This document shows, in pieces, positions 28,309-57,200 of a stretch of DNA of 64,000 nucleotides. Origin of the DNA: Saccostrea echinata. Its lineage: Eukaryota. The stretch lies in the NCBI RefSeq assembly GCF_033153115.1, contig NW_026889803.1:14632001-14696000 (forward strand). Reading direction: 5' to 3'. Below the pieces are notes generated by a model, which was not told the origin of the DNA, did no database searches, and saw only the letters and a program-made list of their open reading frames with translations. Position 1 is the stretch's first letter. The number at the start of each line of letters is the position of its first letter. The translations under genes and the position numbers were made by a program.

Positions 28309-31300
28309 CTAGTCCTTGTACTCTAGTTCTGGTGCACTGAAAAGCTCTTGAGCCACCTCTGTATTCTGACGTACAAACAGTGTGATGCCTGCCTTGTAGG
28401 CTGCTGGGATTGCGATGTGAGAAGTCAGCTGGGCACGGTAATGGGTGGGCTGTTGGTACATGGCAGTACAGGCCTCTCGCAACACATTCACTACCTGACC
28501 TAGAATAATTATAATTGAATAAGGACACCATTAGTATATTGACAAATTATACTCTTAAAGTGACCATGTCATAATATCATGTTGAAGTTACATTTATACA
28601 TGTATTTACATCCACTGGATATTTTCTCCTTTATTTCTTGTGAAAAGCGATAGCCTTTAAAAATATACTATTCAGGACTGTTTTTCTTTTAAAATCCATC
28701 CAATAGATTTTTAAAGAATTTAACTCTTCCATTATGTTATGTACTTTCACCCATTTTATACAAATAATCTATGCTTATTTAACAAAGATGTTTGTGAAAC
28801 ACTTATGCCCCCCCCCCCCCCCCCCCCCAATAATTGGAATTTTTATAAGTCCAAGGGGCATAGCTCTGTCAAAAATTGCTCGATTGTACCCAAAACAGAA
28901 TATGAACTAAATATTTTTATGATAAATCTGTATACCAAATTTCATATCAATATGTGCAATCTCTGCAAAGAAAATGAGCGGAAACTGCAAATAATTGGAA
29001 TTTTTCTATGTCCAAGGTGCATAACTCTGTCAAAAATTGCTCTATTGTACCCAAAACATAACTTCACCTAGATATACTTCTGATAAATCTGTACACCAAA
29101 TTTCATTTCAATATTTGCAACCTCTGTGAAGAAAATGAACGAAAACTGCAAATAATTGGAATTTTTCTAAGTCCAAGGGGCATAACTCTGTCAAAAATTG
29201 CTCTATTGTACCCAAAACAGAAGTTGATCTAGATATTCTTATGATAAATCTGTATACCAAATTTCATTTTAATATGTGCAACCTCTGCGAAGAAAATGAA
29301 AGGCAACTGTTGGTGGACTGACAGACAGACAAACAGCAGCAAAGCAATATGCCCTCCCTTCGAGGGGGGCATAAATATAATTCTTAGTTTGTTAATGCAG
29401 GGATATTGCTTCCGAGGGCTATATATTTTTTCTGCAATGTTGCAACCGTTATCCCCGCAACCAAGCAGAACATTTTAAATTCAAATCAATAAGTACCTAA
29501 AACATTCATTTCATTCCATCTCTTGTCAATCTTGGTAATAAGATCATTTAGTGGTGACCAGTCACGGAATCTATTGACCACATCTTGCCGTCGAATTAAG
29601 AGGATGGAGTCACTTGTTAGCTGTTCCATAATCGTCTCTTCAGAAACTATTTCTAATGGATTTGTCAAATACACACCTAAAAAAAGAGTAAAAATGCTCT
29701 GAAATCAATTTTTTTTTTAGAAAAGAAATGAATGCTGTTTTCTAAAAATAGTAAAGTGCATTTGCAAAGGAACATGTAAGTAATATTTAAAATGAAAAAT
29801 CTGATATAATACATGTATAAATTTTTATATAACTGGTTTGCTGAGAAACAGCTAAGAGATTCTATCTCTAAACCTTTTGTACCTTTGGAGCTGACACCGT
29901 AAATCATCTGGTGATGCCAGGCATCAGGAATGGTCCAACCAGGTTTCACTCCCCTCTGTAAATTCAATGTTGCTATGGGAACAGCACCTAATAGAAATTA
30001 AGTATGGATATTTATACAGAGATCTTCATGCATGTTCATGTATGATGTGAAGTATGATCAACATTTTTGTAGTTGTTTTTTTTTCAGTTTAGTACTTACA
30101 ATTACACATACAAGCAAATTTCTAATTAAATTGCTTAAAATTGAGTGGCATGATGGCGACAATATAAATTTCACATTACCTTTCTTTATCCAACCTCCCA
30201 GCCACTTGAGGAGTTCCACTTTCCTGGCTGGAAAAAAGTGGAAAAATCGACCCTGTATGGTACCCCTTGTCAGATTGTGAACACCATCAATCAACTGTAG
30301 TGCAGTTGTACCTAAAAATATTACAAATAAAAATAAATAATTCAACTTCTATTTCATTTCTTAAAACATCTCTACTGAAGCAAAATACATGCAACTTTTT
30401 CTCCTTAGTCTGATTTTCTATTCCATTATTTATTTGTTTACTTGAAGATTGCTTAAATCAAACAAGAAGTATAAAAGTGTACACATACTTTAAAGTCAAC
30501 AGATTTTGTTAATAATAATCTCAATGTACTTTCAATTTATATCTTGTTATTGTCAATTAATTACTTTCATAGCAGAATCTTGAAAGACACTTATACATGT
30601 AAATGATTTTACCTGCCACAGATCTAGAAAACAAATAGTAGCTGATAGGAGCTGTTTCCATTCTGGTGTTGGTAACAATCTTTTTACTAACTTCCTCCTT
30701 ATCAACTTGATAATCAAAGGCTTTCTGTAAATGAAAGGTTGAAAAGAACTCTCACCTTAGTAATGAATAACTCAATTTTTTTTACCTCCTTTTGAAGAGT
30801 TCCACTTTATACATTTCTACGTATTTTTGACAAATTTAGGACTTTTTCGAAATTTTCCATAGAATAAAATATTCAATAAAATCTATTTAACAACATGATG
30901 TGCTCAAAGCAATTGATGTTTCAAAAGAATTCAAGAAATTACTAAATGTCTTTTCACAGAAAAGCACGGAAAAGAAATCTCCAGCAAACACTTATAATTT
31001 GCTTGACATGATTCAGTTTGTGTTGTTTTTTTTTATTTTAATATGTTTTGCATATTTCTTCCCATACATGTAGTTCACAGCAATATTTGAAAACAAAAAA
31101 ATTCAAATACGCTTTATCTATCCATCTATCCGTAATATACATCCATTCAAATATACATGTACATACACTTAAGTATCAAGGCAGTGAAGCGATCTCTAGT
31201 TTCCTTTGGTAATCTTCTAGAAGCAAAATTTCTTGCTTACATATATACGTATCCTTAAATCTAGATCATTAAACTAATTTTTTTTTTAATTTTTCTCCAA

Positions 31301-34300
31301 AACAACCCATTTTTTCCATTTTTAAGTTCACATAACATGCTGTATCCTCCTCTTCAGTGTGTAATGTATTGGTACATGTGTACCAGTATTTATGATTTAC
31401 TCACCAGAACCGTTAACACTGCTGTAGGTCCACACGCTGATGTTCCGATCTGTTTCACCTGTAGCAGGTAGGCCTCGTACTCGTGCCATATCATCACCTT
31501 TTCCACATCAACTGGCCGACGTCCACGTCTACGTCGCCTGTCAAACTTACACATCACCTACAACAAACATAAACTAAACCTTAATTCATTTTTGTCAGTC
31601 AACATCTTCTTAACGTTTAACAATAAATTATTTTTGATAATCACTTAACATAGTGCAAATGGACAAAATAAAAATTATCATGAGGAGATTTGGCCCAAGT
31701 GCTCACCTGAGCTGCCTTGATCATTTAAAGAAAAAAAAATCTCTAACCCTATTAATCTCTAAAATATGAGTCCCTAATAAAGATCTAATAGTCTACAGAT
31801 GTTCACAAATCCAATTCTCAATTTGAAAAATTAGAGCTTTCTGTTCATCAAGGGAAAAATACATGTATTTTGATACCTTTCTCTATTCTATTCCTTTAAA
31901 ATATTTGAATCTATACGTATAACAAAAAACAAGGTTTACAATTCAGATTTGTTTTATGTCATCTCCTGTGGTTTTATAAAATGAGGTACTGAGTCATTTC
32001 ACTATATTATCATTATTTCATACCAAGTTGATGCATAGCAAATTGATGCAAAACTCCACTTTTTAAAACATTAAATGCAGACTTCATCTGTCCAATGACT
32101 TTCTAAGTGATTTTTTTCAAATAGATCATTCCAGTAGTTTAAAGGATGCCAAAAAAGTGGAAATTGTGGCTTATTTACATGTACTTTTACCAGATATACT
32201 CTGTTGGGCTATTAAACCCTTCTTTGTTGAAAACTTTATCAAGTTAGATTTTTCACCTTAGAATTATTATCACAGGAGTTTTCTTCTTGTACTGCATGTA
32301 GGTTATCTAAGCATGACAAAGATGTCTCCAGACTGTCTATATCTTCATAGATAGGATCCTCTGAGCTCTCCCTACAATTATAGCAGATAATGAAATATTT
32401 GCATAATAATCAAGATTAAACAAGGAAACATGAATCCATATTACATATTTGTGTAGTGTATATAATTAAATTTTGTGATTATTTTAAATACATTTCATAA
32501 ATACAATGTTATGATCAATGAATATAGTGCATCTGGTAACAGGGATGGGGTAATCGTAATCGAGTAATGGTAATCGATTGTAATGATTACTTTTTTTCAA
32601 GTAATCGACAGTAATCTGTAATCGAAGAGATTTTCAATTACTTGTAATCGTAATTTAATCGATTACAGCTAAAATTTTCAATGTAATTATAATTACTTTT
32701 TCGATTACCTTCAATTATTTTTTAACATAAATAGATGTTATTTTGGAGAACTCTTTCCAGTCAGTCCCACATAAATATCAAATATAAACCACCTAGTGTA
32801 ATGTTTGGATTTCCTAACTTTTATTATCACAAGTTTAATAATTTTCTCAATAAAATTTGCATTATAGACCTTCTGGTCTAGTATTAAATAATTCAGAAGT
32901 GTATTTCAACCATTTATTAATAAAATATACAGATTTTTCATGTGCATTTTACATTTGACCCATTGTCCTCTTCCTGCATGTCCTTTTTCATATTTCAGAT
33001 GTTGAAAAACTTTGTCTTGTAATAGAAAATTATAAATAGCAAAAACAGATTTAAGTGTTGTATTAAATATAAATAATTTGGTGAATAAACTACATTGTAC
33101 TCGAAAAAAAAAGAAGATGGAAATACTTATTCATATCTGAAAATGTTTAAACAACTTCAAACTTGTGTTTTACTAACTTTAAAATTTGCAAAATCATTCT
33201 CATGTTTTCATTCAAAATTGTAAGGTTGCTTTTATATCAGTGAGAGGTTATAAGTGTCTGTAAGAGAGGGAGAGTGTCACTGTGTTTGCTCATCTTAATT
33301 GGCTAATTAATTGACTGAGACACCTTGATTTGCAGATAATGAGGTGTAAACTGTGAACTACCTAGTGTTTAACTTTCATTCCATTGAAGACAAACAGTAT
33401 TATTAAAACAATTAATAGCTCTCAAAACACTTATTTCAATACAGAATGAAATTGTTTGAAAAAGACACGTACAGGAATGTTTCATGTGTACTGTCAACAT
33501 ACGGGCAGCCCAAATACTTCCAATGAAGTAATTCACAATAAAATATTAAATATTTTTTGCAACAAGTCAATAAATATGGAAGTTCAGATCCAAAGTTGAA
33601 AGGAATAATTAATTCCTTGGCATATCATGTCTCCACTTTCCATGGTACAGAATCCCTCAATTGGGCATTTAGTGAAAATGTTAGCCAGAATAAAACCTTA
33701 AAAGAATCTGCTCTGAAACTTCAGGAACACATTCAAACTTCAGTGGATAACATCAACATGTACCATTTAAATATTGCTTTGATATTTGAAGGGATAAAAA
33801 CTTGGAAGTAATCGATTATTAATTGATTACATCTTCGAAAGTAATCGATTACAGGACAAAAATGAGTGTAATTGATTAATAATCGATTACACAAAATTCC
33901 TCAAAGTAATCGATTATTAATCGATTACATTTTTCAGTAATCGTGCTCATCCCTGTCTGGTAATTTGTCTTACCCAGGGCTCGAGCTGTGATTTGCCATT
34001 TGCGCCAATTGCGAATTTTTTCCAAAAGTGGCGAAAAGAAATTCAAAAGTGGCGAAAATGGATATTTTTTTTTAGATATACCATACAAAAGTGTGTGTAC
34101 TCCTGGCTATCTCCTTTGTTTATTCAATGTATACAGATTATCCCCTTTGTTTATTTAATGCAAGCAAACGTGTGAATTCAGGGTGTGAAAACTCCATGAA
34201 ACTTACAAAACAATGTACAGGTAGGAAATCATGTCTCACTTGAATGCACACAGCTGACTAGGTTAATTTAGCCTGGAGCAGTGAGGGGATACAAAATTAC

Positions 34301-37277
34301 TTGAAATAATATAAGATGGATTAAACAAGGAAAGACAAAGTGTTTTTGGGAGATGAAGTCAGTTAATAAAAGATTTTTATCAATAAAATCTGGATCTATA
34401 TAGATTGTTTTTTAAAACAGAAAGTAGGAAAACATGACGAAAATTGCAGAGCATGGCTGCTAATTTTACCTGATTAAAGACTTAAAAGTCAAAATAGTGT
34501 GTTCATTATACCATAAACTGACAAAGAGTGAAAGATACTGGCTTGGAAACAATACAATACTTTTGTCAAATACGCTGAATTATTTTCAGTTATATGAATT
34601 TACATGCATACACCAAGTGTCCAAACTGTTAAAGTAAGCCAAGTTTTAAACCTGATTTTCATTACCTCTTTTCACACTAAATTGTTGATATGATTAAAAT
34701 TTTCAATTACATTATTTTTTTTCAATTTAAAAAAATGTCATATATCTTACTAAGTCTGTAACCCCCCTCCCAGGGCTAAAAAAATGTTATGAACAAGAGG
34801 GCATCTACTTTCAAGAGTTGGCTAATATCAGTATCAAATTAAATGTATAAATAATTCCTAATATATTAGTTTTGTAAGTGGATAAAACGTTAAATTTTAT
34901 AATTTTAAAACAATGCCTGTGATATAAACAAATTGAAATAGTGCTATTAGTGGAGTGTTTAGCATGTATACACTTGTCGAGACGAGATGTAAGAATGCGA
35001 TTCCTTTCATCGCGAAAAGTGGCGAAAAATATTTTCGCTCCAGTGGGAGCTCTGGTCTTACCCTGAGGATTCATCCAGTTTATTTGGTAAAGGCATGATG
35101 ACTGCATTTCTAACAGCATGTGTTGGATTCTCCAAATCTTCAAGTACCATACAATGTCCATTTTCGAGAGGATAATGTCCTAACTGCACATTACCTAGAT
35201 GTTCTCGTCTGAGACGGAAACTTAAGTTTTCCTCCTCATCAGATGAATCACAGTGAGCCGTAGACCTATTTTCTTTTTCCAATGCTTTAAAAAACACCTT
35301 CTCTTGCCTATTGCTCTCAGAATTCTGAAAGTTGGCTTGCAAGACTTTTTCATGCTTATATGTATCCAGGTAGTTAAAATGTTCATTATCATCCACACAG
35401 AGATGAGGATCATAAGACTCCATATTGCACTCTACATCATCAAACTCAAATGAATGTCTTCTCATGCTCAGATCATTTGTCATTCCTCCTTCAGCACCAC
35501 GTAAGTCATTCGAAGCATAATCCAGTGGATCGTACATACAAAACTCCGATGAATTCCTCTCACCATTTCTTTGGTGTAAAATACTAGGACTGTCTAGATC
35601 TTGACTGAAGCGGAACATTGGTTGCAAACTTGTTGCAGATGTTGGCACATCTGATTCAACAGAATCCAAAAAATCAGTTTCCGGTGAGTACATGAAAGAA
35701 GAATCTGAGCCAGGCTTCTCACTGCTGTCTCCACCATTTTTAGCAATATATTTGGGTCTACAGACATGTGCATTATTATATGATTGGTTTTCCATGTCAT
35801 ACATGTATCTTAAATTTGCAGTAATATCAGCAAAGGAGTCTGAGTGAGGTGTTTCTACATCATCACATGGAGGGGCAGGTGAGACAGCAGGGATACTTTG
35901 TTTTCTGAACTCCTGGAGGTTCTGGCAAGATAGTGGACTATGGATGTCATTTTCTTGGTGTACTCCATTTTCTTGGTTATGATGAGATGGACTTGAGGGA
36001 GTCCCTTTTGCTTCTGCATCATGAGAATCTTTTTCTTGATTCACACCATAACCCTCATCTTCCTCACTGGATGTAGAAGAATGTTCTGAACTAGATGCAA
36101 ACATGTGACGACTAGCCCGAGATGGAAAATCTGTTTCTATGTAGTCTCCAATCTCATCTAAACTTTCAGAACTAGATGGTGCTGTTGCCTCCTCTACCAA
36201 TATATCACCTCTGTTTTCCTGGATTTCTGAGGAATTGTCTTCATCTGCAATTTCTTCAAGACTTTCTGAACTAGATAAATGTGTAAAAACTTCTTCTACT
36301 TGTTCCTCTACTTCGAGCATGTCTTCTCCTATTATACCTTGTTCATCATCACTAGTTTTGTTTTCATGCTGACTTTCATTAGCAGTTGTCTGATTTTCTG
36401 TAGTCACTGTCGCAGTTTCTTTATCATTTAAATCACAACCAGAATTTTGGGAAGACCCATCACTGTCTTCTGGCACTGCTAAAGGGGCAGATATTGTTAT
36501 GTCTTCAAACCTAGCAGGCAAATTGATATTTTGAACTTGTTCATGATGTCCATTTGTGAAACAAACTTGTTCATTTGTTGTGCAGGGTACATTTGGCTGA
36601 GAATGAAAGCTCCTATTTCTAGATGAGTATTCCTTGTCATCACCATCAGATTCTGTAGAAGATCCAACATCATGTCTATGGAATTCTAATTTATCTGGAG
36701 AGCTAAAGCAATCACAGGAATCATCTGAACTTGAACCAAGTTCTGGATAAATGTATTTTTCTCTCTTTGAATTTGATCCTGCTTTCTTCTCTTGCTCTCT
36801 TCGATCTCGTCTCTGTTTGACAACACGACTCCATGACATAGACTTGGGTCTGTTTGCCTTAGGTGAATTTTTCCTGTTCTGTAAACCATTTACTAGCAGT
36901 GGTTTGACATATTCACTACAGTGATTACAGTTTACGACTACTTCAGGACGAGCTAGAGCACTGACCTCCCCTTGGCAGCTAATATTAGCAAGAGATGATC
37001 TTGAGTTTTCCGTGTCTTCATGCAAAAATCCATTTATAGGTCCATTTAAATTGGGACTACTACCATTGACTAAATTAATTCGACCCTCTCTGTAAAGACC
37101 TGAGCCATTATTTTTTTCTTTTTGGTTTTCAGATGAATCTGGAGATGACTTTTCATTTTCACTGGAGTGCTGACTCACTGGACTCTGTGCTCCATTCTGG
37201 CATGTATATTCTGAAGATTTCTTATTAGTTGTTGGCATGTTGTTTTCTTTCCGAACATCATGTCTACTTTTACTCAT
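28309..37277 (-). CDS. Uncharacterised ~1067-aa protein: long Ser/Glu/Asp-rich N-terminus plus a C-terminal papain/peptidase-C39-like domain
   Basis: 8 GT-AG exons in phase: 37277-35062, 32371-32257, 31557-31405, 30724-30613, 30311-30180, 29987-29883, 29676-29497, 28499-28309 (3204 nt, TAG stop). Motifs QIGTSACGPTAVLTVL, DAWHHQMIYGV and VYLTNP. The gene structure is well supported; the fold assignment is inference. Confidence 0.8.
28781..29374 (+). mobile_element. Helentron/HINE-type element with a central 3 x 161-bp array
   Basis: Start AACAAAGATGTTTGTGAAACACTTATGCCCCC. Units AATAATTGGAATTTTT at 28829, 28990 and 29151. GACA microsatellite. Terminal palindrome ATGCCCTCCCTTCGAGGGGGGCAT. Confidence 0.8.
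32540..33955. mobile_element. Non-autonomous hAT-like DNA transposon
   Basis: TIR CAGGGATG...CATCCCTG. Exact 8-bp TSD TCTGGTAA (32532-32539, 33956-33963). Dense GTAATCGATTAC subterminal palindromes. Confidence 0.9.
33975..35054. mobile_element. Non-autonomous DNA transposon with an 8-bp TSD (hAT- or P-like)
   Basis: TIR CAGGGCTC...GAGCTCTG. Exact TSD GTCTTACC (33967-33974, 35055-35062). Subterminal AAAGTGGCGAAAA repeats. Confidence 0.88.
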
Positions 37278-37601
37278 ATTTGGGGATACATCCTATCAAT
37301 CCTTTACCTGCTTTTACTATCAGCGCCATCATCCTAAAATACGGAGAAACTAAAATATTACATTTCTAATATGATTATTTAATTGTTAGAACTTCGTTGG
37401 GATACAACGAATATAATACAAAAGAAAACCACAAAAAAACATGACAAAAATAATAAAATGTCAAACTTTGACGTTTTCAGAAAATGGGGTGGGATTTCTT
37501 ATCCAAAGATATGGAATATAGAATGTAATTTTTATAGATCTAATTTCTCTGGTAAATATTCTTAACCTTCCGCTTGAAAAGAAATTCATTATAATCCTTA
37601 C

Positions 37602-38030
37602 CTGTTACTCAGGTGCGAAAAATTTAACTCTTTTCTGTTTGTTTCATCTGGGACAACTTTCTTCCGCCATATTGAATCAAAATACACTTTAAACTCCTCT
37701 AGTTTCGAGTATACAACTAAGTGGAATAACTTGAAGGAGTTCCGAATTCATAATTTTATGGAATCCCAAAAATGGGCCAATCAGCATTCTCGTAACAAAG
37801 GCGATTGACAGATATTATCCACAATGTGATGTGTGAAAGCTGCAATCTCTTCCTAAACTGAAAGAAATCACTTATCATGTTGGGTACTGTAAGTTTAAGA
37901 TCATATTGTTGGATAATTATTCCCAAATCGCTATACATTTTCTTTGAACAGTGCGCTTCCGACTGTTAATTTACAAATAATTACTCCATTTTGATAACAA
38001 TCCCTAGCTTTGTAGCTCTTGGTAAGCTAT
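37602..38030. promoter_or_regulatory. Probable bidirectional promoter and first non-coding exons of the C39-like gene (-) and MBTPS1 (+)
   Basis: Minus-strand donor CAG|GTAAGG at 37602/37601, with a YY1-like AATATGGCGG upstream (~37664-37673). CCAAT box GGCCAATCAG at ~37775. Plus-strand donor TG|GTAAGC at 38021/38022. Acceptors at 37333 (-) and 39516 (+). Confidence 0.5.
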
Positions 38031-39655
38031 ATATAGCTTGATATGGCGAAATGTTTTTATAAAAGGCTATTCAAAAATTGATTGATTAAGCGATTTAAAT
38101 GCAGTTTTCTCACATGTGTACTTTAAAAAACTATAAAGTAGAAACTTAGAATACAGAAGTTGAAAATACTTGAGTATTCACTTGATCAACTTTGTACTTT
38201 GAAGTTGAACTATGCCAAAAGAAAAAAAGGAAAAGAAAATTAAGTCACATATACTTTAATCACAGGGTCAAAAGTTCCTTTACCTAGGTTGTTCCTGGCT
38301 AAGTTTTGATAGAGATCAACTGACTGATAGATTATCAAAGACATAAATATAAACATTTACCGCCATTAATATATATTTACAAAAGTTTATGTGAAAATCC
38401 CAGCATTACATCCTAAAAATTACTCTGTAGTGGTTATGTATTTTGATCTAAAGGTAAATAAATATTATTTTCATTATGTCTTGGGGTATGATTTGTTAAA
38501 TTTTGAAATTAAATATTGATTATTAAAATCAAACTATAGGCAAATTTATGAAGTCAAATGAATGTTCAACTTCGCAAAATCTCTGATGACCATGAAACAC
38601 GTGTTTCTCCTTTGTTGTCATATTAAATAGGGAAACTTATGAAAATCTAACATTCTGAATAGTTTGTTAATATAAATTAAAAGGTTTTATTACCTTGATA
38701 ATATTAAAGATTAATGGGATTTTAATTATGCAAGATTTGAAAAAAATTAAACAATAGGGACCTTGAGGCCTCACAAAATTTTGAACAGTTGTGAATCTCT
38801 GTTACTTATGTTTCTAATATTATAAAGCATCCAAGGCTTTCAATAATTTTGAAATGAAGAGGTGAGTTTATCCATTTGAAGAGGCTGTTATAGAATTATT
38901 TCCAATGAATTATTTATCTTATTTAGTGGCCGTTTTCCTATAAGCATCTCCTGAAACCTTTTTTGGTTCACTTACAATAAGGCCTCCCTTCCAGATTATG
39001 GCTTACCGTATAATTTCAGAGTTCCCAAAATGCACAAGTCTACAGGACTTCCCAGGTTAGCTTTGAAAGGGGCTGGTAAAAATCTGAATTTTATTTGTCA
39101 AAATGTCTGACTGTTTACACAGACTGGATAAAAAATGAGACAGAAAGTCTTAACAGAATTATTTGATTGAATTACAAGAGGTAAATATTTTACTAAAAAC
39201 CAAAACATATGAATAAGATGTTTATGTCCCAAAATATCAATGTGAGCGAGTAAAACTTGTAGAGTTAGGGGCCTACATCATGCACTTGGCCCCTATGGTT
39301 TTAAATGTTATTTGCAACCCTGATGTATCACATGTAAAAAAAAAAAAAATCATCTACAGTATGGCTAAATGTGCCTATCAGATTAATGACTGAACGTAAA
39401 GTATTGGTACTGGTATACATATTTCCCTTGTCATGTAGGTCATGTAGTTGGGACAAGCATTAAACAAATCATAAACTATTAATGCTTTATTTTCAAACAT
39501 ATTTTTATTTTCCAGATTTGGAGAATAGGAAACTTCTTATCCCTAAATGAGAAAATAAGATAACTAGGGATGTCAGAACCAAATGAAATTTCAAAGTATT
39601 GTCATCATGGTCATGTATGCAGAATGTGAAATCTTTGATGTTTAAAGTTTAAACC

Positions 39656-55582
<15,927 letters not shown>

Positions 55583-55808
55583 TAGAAGTGACTCCTAGTT
55601 GCCAAAGATATTCAGAGGAACTCATTGATCATATCAGATGTATATTATTCCTTCCTTTAAAATCCTTAAAAAAAATAAAGGAAGTAAATAAGTAGAAGTA
55701 GCTCTAATTTTGTTCACAATTGAAAGAAGTGTTCTTTTGATTGGTACATTATACATGTATAGCACTAAAGCCTAAAAAAAAAGATGGGCTGTTAATTACA
55801 AATGTTAA

Positions 55809-56333
55809 AGAGGCATTTGCTGTAAAAGTGATGGCAACCAATTTTCTTGCAAAATTTGTCAATTGCTAAGGCATGTATATTAATGAACAATGAAAAAACA
55901 TTTTGTTCATACAAAAACAACAGAAACCTAGTAATACTACATTAAATAACCATTTTTAGTGTAAATAAATACATGAGGAACAAATTTTGGCATGCAAGCC
56001 AATTATTGTTTAAACAAAGATACATATACAGGGTTGTCCCTAAGCCCCGGGGAATTTCCTTGCCTATAATGACGGAATCCCCCGCATTCTCTGGTATTCT
56101 CCCTCATCACCCTGTTAATGGAGAAACCCTAGACCCCTTTCTACATTTTAAATGTCCCACGCTATTTTAATTCTTAGGGACAACTCTGCATATATATATT
56201 CTTTGAAAGTAAAAAAAGTGTTTGAAATCATTAAATGCTGTTTTCATTAAAGAAATACATGTACATGAACATAAAATAAAGCAATTTTCAATGAAGTGAA
56301 TATTTCTGAGAAAAAAACCCAGCTAATGCCTCT
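55809..56333. mobile_element. TTAA-flanked (Kolobok-like) MITE downstream of the MBTPS1 stop, with a nested MITE
   Basis: TTAA|AGAGGCATTTGCTG ... CAGCTAATGCCTCT|TTAA. Confidence 0.7.
56029..56188. mobile_element. 160-bp hAT-like MITE
   Basis: TIR CAG(G/A)GTTGTCCCTAAG. Flanks TACATATA and CATATATA may be a decayed 8-bp TSD. Confidence 0.7.
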
Positions 56334-57200
56334 TTAATTGATTTTAATATAAACCTACGTGTAGTTATTTTCTTCACTGTTACAATAGATTACACACAAT
56401 AATGTTTTTTTAAATGTCAATTTGATGATGAACTGTTTTGATCTTGTGTCAAATATGTAACTCCATTATTATATCTTAGTGTGTATGTGTGTACTTTATG
56501 GTATTTTGTCATTCCATTTTAGACTGTGTGTGTGTGAAAATCATAGTGAGAGAGTCATTCAGGAATGTTTGTTTCATTGATTAATTGTTGAATTATGGTA
56601 TTAATGGATAAACTAGTCAAAAATTTTATATCTGCATACAATGTATATCATTTTCAATTATTTAGTATTCTTAAAAATAGTGCATTTTTATACCAGCTTA
56701 ATTTTTTCTTTTTTTAATCTTTGTGTTGGAGAATAGCTGGATTGTGATTTGCCATCAGACATTTTCATACACTTTCAGTCTTTCATATTTCCATGTATCT
56801 GCTATTGAGTTTTGTACTGAGTTCAGTTATATTATGCACTGGACTTTAATTCTAAAAGGAATGAATTTTTTTTTTGTGGCATTATCGCACAAAGACTTGA
56901 ACTGAGTAAGATAGGGATATAATAGGATGATATTTAGTTTGTTTGATGTAATTTTTTTTTTACACTAGAATTTTGAAGTAGATGATTGAAACCAGTTTGT
57001 ATTGTGTATGTGTGTCTGTGTGTGTGGGTGATAATTATGCATCAGTAGGTTTTAATTTATTAGGTATGTTTTAAGTGTGTTTGTCTAATTTTGAATATCT
57101 TAGATTGCAGTACAATGGCATAATAAAATCAGTGCTGATTCTTTAGTGATCTTTTCTTTATGTCAACATAAACTGAACCATCACTTCTAGTTCTTATTTC

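Noticed and set aside
29883-31557. Phytochelatin synthase
   Set aside because: It shares Q-x5-CG but lacks the GHFSP and D-V-A-R motifs, and the third triad residue appears to be Asn.
37775-37800. ER-stress element (ERSE) in the MBTPS1 promoter
   Set aside because: CCAAT is present, but CCACG does not follow at the 9-nt spacing.
38580-38615. Hammerhead ribozyme core (CTGATGA...GAAA)
   Set aside because: Only 4 nt lie between the core halves, and no stems I or III could be formed.
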